A DNA stretch of 64,000 nt from Sedimentisphaerales bacterium (GTDB taxonomy: Bacteria; Planctomycetota; Phycisphaerae; Sedimentisphaerales; SM23-30): the NCBI GenBank assembly GCA_963666285.1, contig OY762711.1; one strand, written 5' to 3'. The notes under the pieces are model-generated. The model was not told the origin of the DNA and made no database searches. It saw only the letters and a program-made list of their open reading frames with translations. Below are positions 61,706-64,000 of the stretch, in pieces. A program made the position numbers and the translations under genes. Position 1 is the first letter of the stretch; the number at the start of each line of letters is the position of its first letter.

Positions 61706-62008
61706 TTAATTGACATCAAGACTTTTCCAGTCACACCCAATTATTTTAAGCGATTGGATAAACTGCTCTTGTGGATTAGTTAGCATCATTTTAACATTTT
61801 TCATCTTTGCGCTTTTACTGGCACTTACCAGTACTTGAAATGAAGCTGTATCACATCTTTCTACCTTGGCGAGATCTATGACAACCTCATCAACATCATC
61901 AAATGCTGTTATCAATTCTTCCTTGAATTGATTTATCTGGTATATTGATAACTCACCTTCAATTTGCAAAGTAGATTTTTTATTTTCCTTAGTTAAATTC
62001 AGTTCCAT
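61706..62008 (-). CDS. STAS-domain protein
   Basis: LQIEGELSIY, IDLAKVERCDTASFQVL; upstream of cheY-cheA. Confidence 0.9.
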   Translation of the reverse strand: MELNLTKENKKSTLQIEGELSIYQINQFKEELITAFDDVDEVVIDLAKVERCDTASFQVLVSASKSAKMKNVKMMLTNPQEQFIQSLKIIGCDWKSLDVN

Positions 62009-62029
62009 ATTGACACCTCGCTGCCTAAA

Positions 62030-63874
62030 TCAAAATAGTTCTATATTATCTCCAAAATCATCACTCTCAGAAGTTTGTGAAACACAGGATTCCATATTTT
62101 CCTCATCGTCAAATAAGTCTATTGAACCAAATTCATCTGAAGATGAATTTGAATTATTACCGCCTAATGTTTTACTATGAATCTGCCGCTCACTATCCAT
62201 AGTATAACTATCTCTAATTTTCTGCATTTCCTCTTCAAGCTGTGAATCAGTATATTTACAAAATTTCTCAAGCTCAAGTTCACATGAATAAAGCTCATCT
62301 TTTTGCTTTTCGAGTACATCCAATATTATTTCCATGAAGCTGGAATATTTTATTACCCGATCTACTTCCATATCTATTCTGGATATCTCTTGCTTAGTTT
62401 TTTCAGAAGCCTGTTCATACTTTTTATAAGCAACATCTATCGTGTCTATATTATTTGTTAGCTCCCCAATATACTTTTCCAAATCACTTTCTGAATTTTT
62501 CACAGTCATTTGATCAGACAGTTCAGTTATTTTACTCAATACCTCAGTTACTTCCTGCCCCAGCTCTTGTGAAGTTCCTGCACGCCCATACACTTCTTCA
62601 GTTAATACTGCAAGTGTCTTACCATCCTGTCCCAGCCTTTCAGTTAGAACAATTGCATTTAATGCCTTAAGACTAAGTTCACGACTAATTTTCCTGATAT
62701 CCCTGATATATGTCGTAAGTTTCATTGTTGTTTCATGTACCATATCTATGGTCTGGCTTGTCTGACTACTCAAACTTGTGGCATGTCCGACAAAACTATT
62801 GAACTTGTAAAGTTCGTCTATGAGATTCTTAAAAGCATTATCCCTATTGGCCAAATCAGCTTCATTATCCCCCGGCCCTCTATTTAGAAGTACCAGCTCA
62901 TCTCCTATATTTGAAAACGCTGTTCTAATATTGTTATAAGCCCGGTCAATATCAGAATGGACATTATCAATTTGTGCTACCTGTAATGATGTTACAAGAT
63001 GTGCATATGCCAGGTCCTTCTTTCCTCTTTCAGACAACGAAATTCGTTCTGAAATTTCATCGACAGCCTCTGTAACATGCTCTAAACGTTGTCGAACAAT
63101 ATCATGAAACTGCATTGATATCACAATATCAGAAACGTGCTTTGAAATTACTTTGAAATGATCCAATACCTTTTGAAGCCATTCATTTGAAATCTCAACC
63201 AAACACCGGGCTCTTTCAGTTGCACTTCTAATTTCTGTATCAGCCTTTTTATGAAGCTCCAAAATATTTTCAAGTCCACCTCGAATTTCAGATTCAGCAC
63301 TGGATTGCCTGACCCTGGCTAATTCCAAATCAGTTGTCATATTACATGAAATATCATTTATATGATCAGAGAGATTCTGAATCTCCTCAGCTAAAGTGGC
63401 AAATATTGCTTTTGATTTTTCAGTTCTGACACTTTCCATTGAAATATTTGTTCTCACTATTTTTAAATAATGTGAACTATCACGAAATTTATCACACTGA
63501 GTAAGTAACTCTTCTATTTCATTTTTTAAAGAACTAATAGCATCAACTGAAATACCAATATTTTTATTAACAAACATAAATGCATTCAAAGTGTCATCTG
63601 CATTTTTCCCTAACACATTAAACGCACTTTGGTCATCAGACATATCAATAATGCCTGCAGTATCCGTTATAGTCGCCCTAAGCTTTTCAATTTCTCCATA
63701 CAAACATTGAGAGTCATTACACATTGACATAAACTGTGCATCAGCATTTTTCAGGAGATTTTTTATAGCACCAGAAACTTCATTTAATTTCTTACATAGA
63801 TCAGATACATTTGATTTATGACTAAAAAACCCTAATTTGCGAAGTTTGTTTTTGAATCTAATAAATTTAAGCAT
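62030..63874 (-). CDS. Cytoplasmic MCP-like coiled-coil chemotaxis protein
   Basis: No TM; two degenerate MCP hairpins (NISMESVR..FATLAEEI; LKALNAIV..LG..G..LAVL); SMQFHDIVRQRLEHV; ends GDNIELF. Confidence 0.8.
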   Translation of the reverse strand: MLKFIRFKNKLRKLGFFSHKSNVSDLCKKLNEVSGAIKNLLKNADAQFMSMCNDSQCLYGEIEKLRATITDTAGIIDMSDDQSAFNVLGKNADDTLNAFMFVNKNIGISVDAISSLKNEIEELLTQCDKFRDSSHYLKIVRTNISMESVRTEKSKAIFATLAEEIQNLSDHINDISCNMTTDLELARVRQSSAESEIRGGLENILELHKKADTEIRSATERARCLVEISNEWLQKVLDHFKVISKHVSDIVISMQFHDIVRQRLEHVTEAVDEISERISLSERGKKDLAYAHLVTSLQVAQIDNVHSDIDRAYNNIRTAFSNIGDELVLLNRGPGDNEADLANRDNAFKNLIDELYKFNSFVGHATSLSSQTSQTIDMVHETTMKLTTYIRDIRKISRELSLKALNAIVLTERLGQDGKTLAVLTEEVYGRAGTSQELGQEVTEVLSKITELSDQMTVKNSESDLEKYIGELTNNIDTIDVAYKKYEQASEKTKQEISRIDMEVDRVIKYSSFMEIILDVLEKQKDELYSCELELEKFCKYTDSQLEEEMQKIRDSYTMDSERQIHSKTLGGNNSNSSSDEFGSIDLFDDEENMESCVSQTSESDDFGDNIELF

Positions 63875-64000
63875 ACACTACCAGTTTTCCCAAACAGTTA
63901 AGGCCATGTTAAATATGCTGCTATTTGCAGCTTATTAGAAATAATATTACTTTGGCGTTATTATTTTTTTTAACTCGACACAGATTCATAATAATTGAAA

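Noticed and set aside
2934..62670. Numerous antisense/overlapping ORFs (e.g. 4377-5027, 30031-30600, 57756-58502)
   Set aside because: Shadows of well-supported genes on the opposite strand with no independent motifs

Overview
Low-GC bacterial chromosomal segment. The ECF-sigma/FecR/NPCBM pair and gene style suggest an anaerobic Planctomycetota/PVC lineage (inference only). In order it holds: (1) a TetR + TolC/RND/MFP efflux locus whose first gene is interrupted after its fourth nucleotide (ATG A) by a 719-nt ORF-less group II intron that carries a surrogate RBS and in-frame ATG inside domain VI; (2) a secreted ADP-ribosylglycohydrolase-fold protein, a PilT/PilU ATPase and a CoaD-CoaE fusion followed by an HD protein; (3) a decayed Rhs toxin tip with duplicated putative immunity genes, next to a 1.9-kb intergenic field of hairpin + heptamer/octamer repeat elements; (4) a ~20-kb minus-strand cluster for Ser/Thr phospho-signalling: LpxR-like barrel, three vWA proteins (one fused to a lipase), four FHA domains, a receptor-like PP2C and two Ser/Thr kinases, with the phosphatase and one kinase sharing a homologous ectodomain; (5) ECF sigma/FecR/GH92; (6) a chemosensory operon (MCP-like, STAS, cheY, cheA, three MCPs, a Cache+CheD-like protein, cheW, cheR, cheB). 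No rRNA, tRNA or CRISPR array was seen. All domain calls come from motif recognition by eye; no searches were run.
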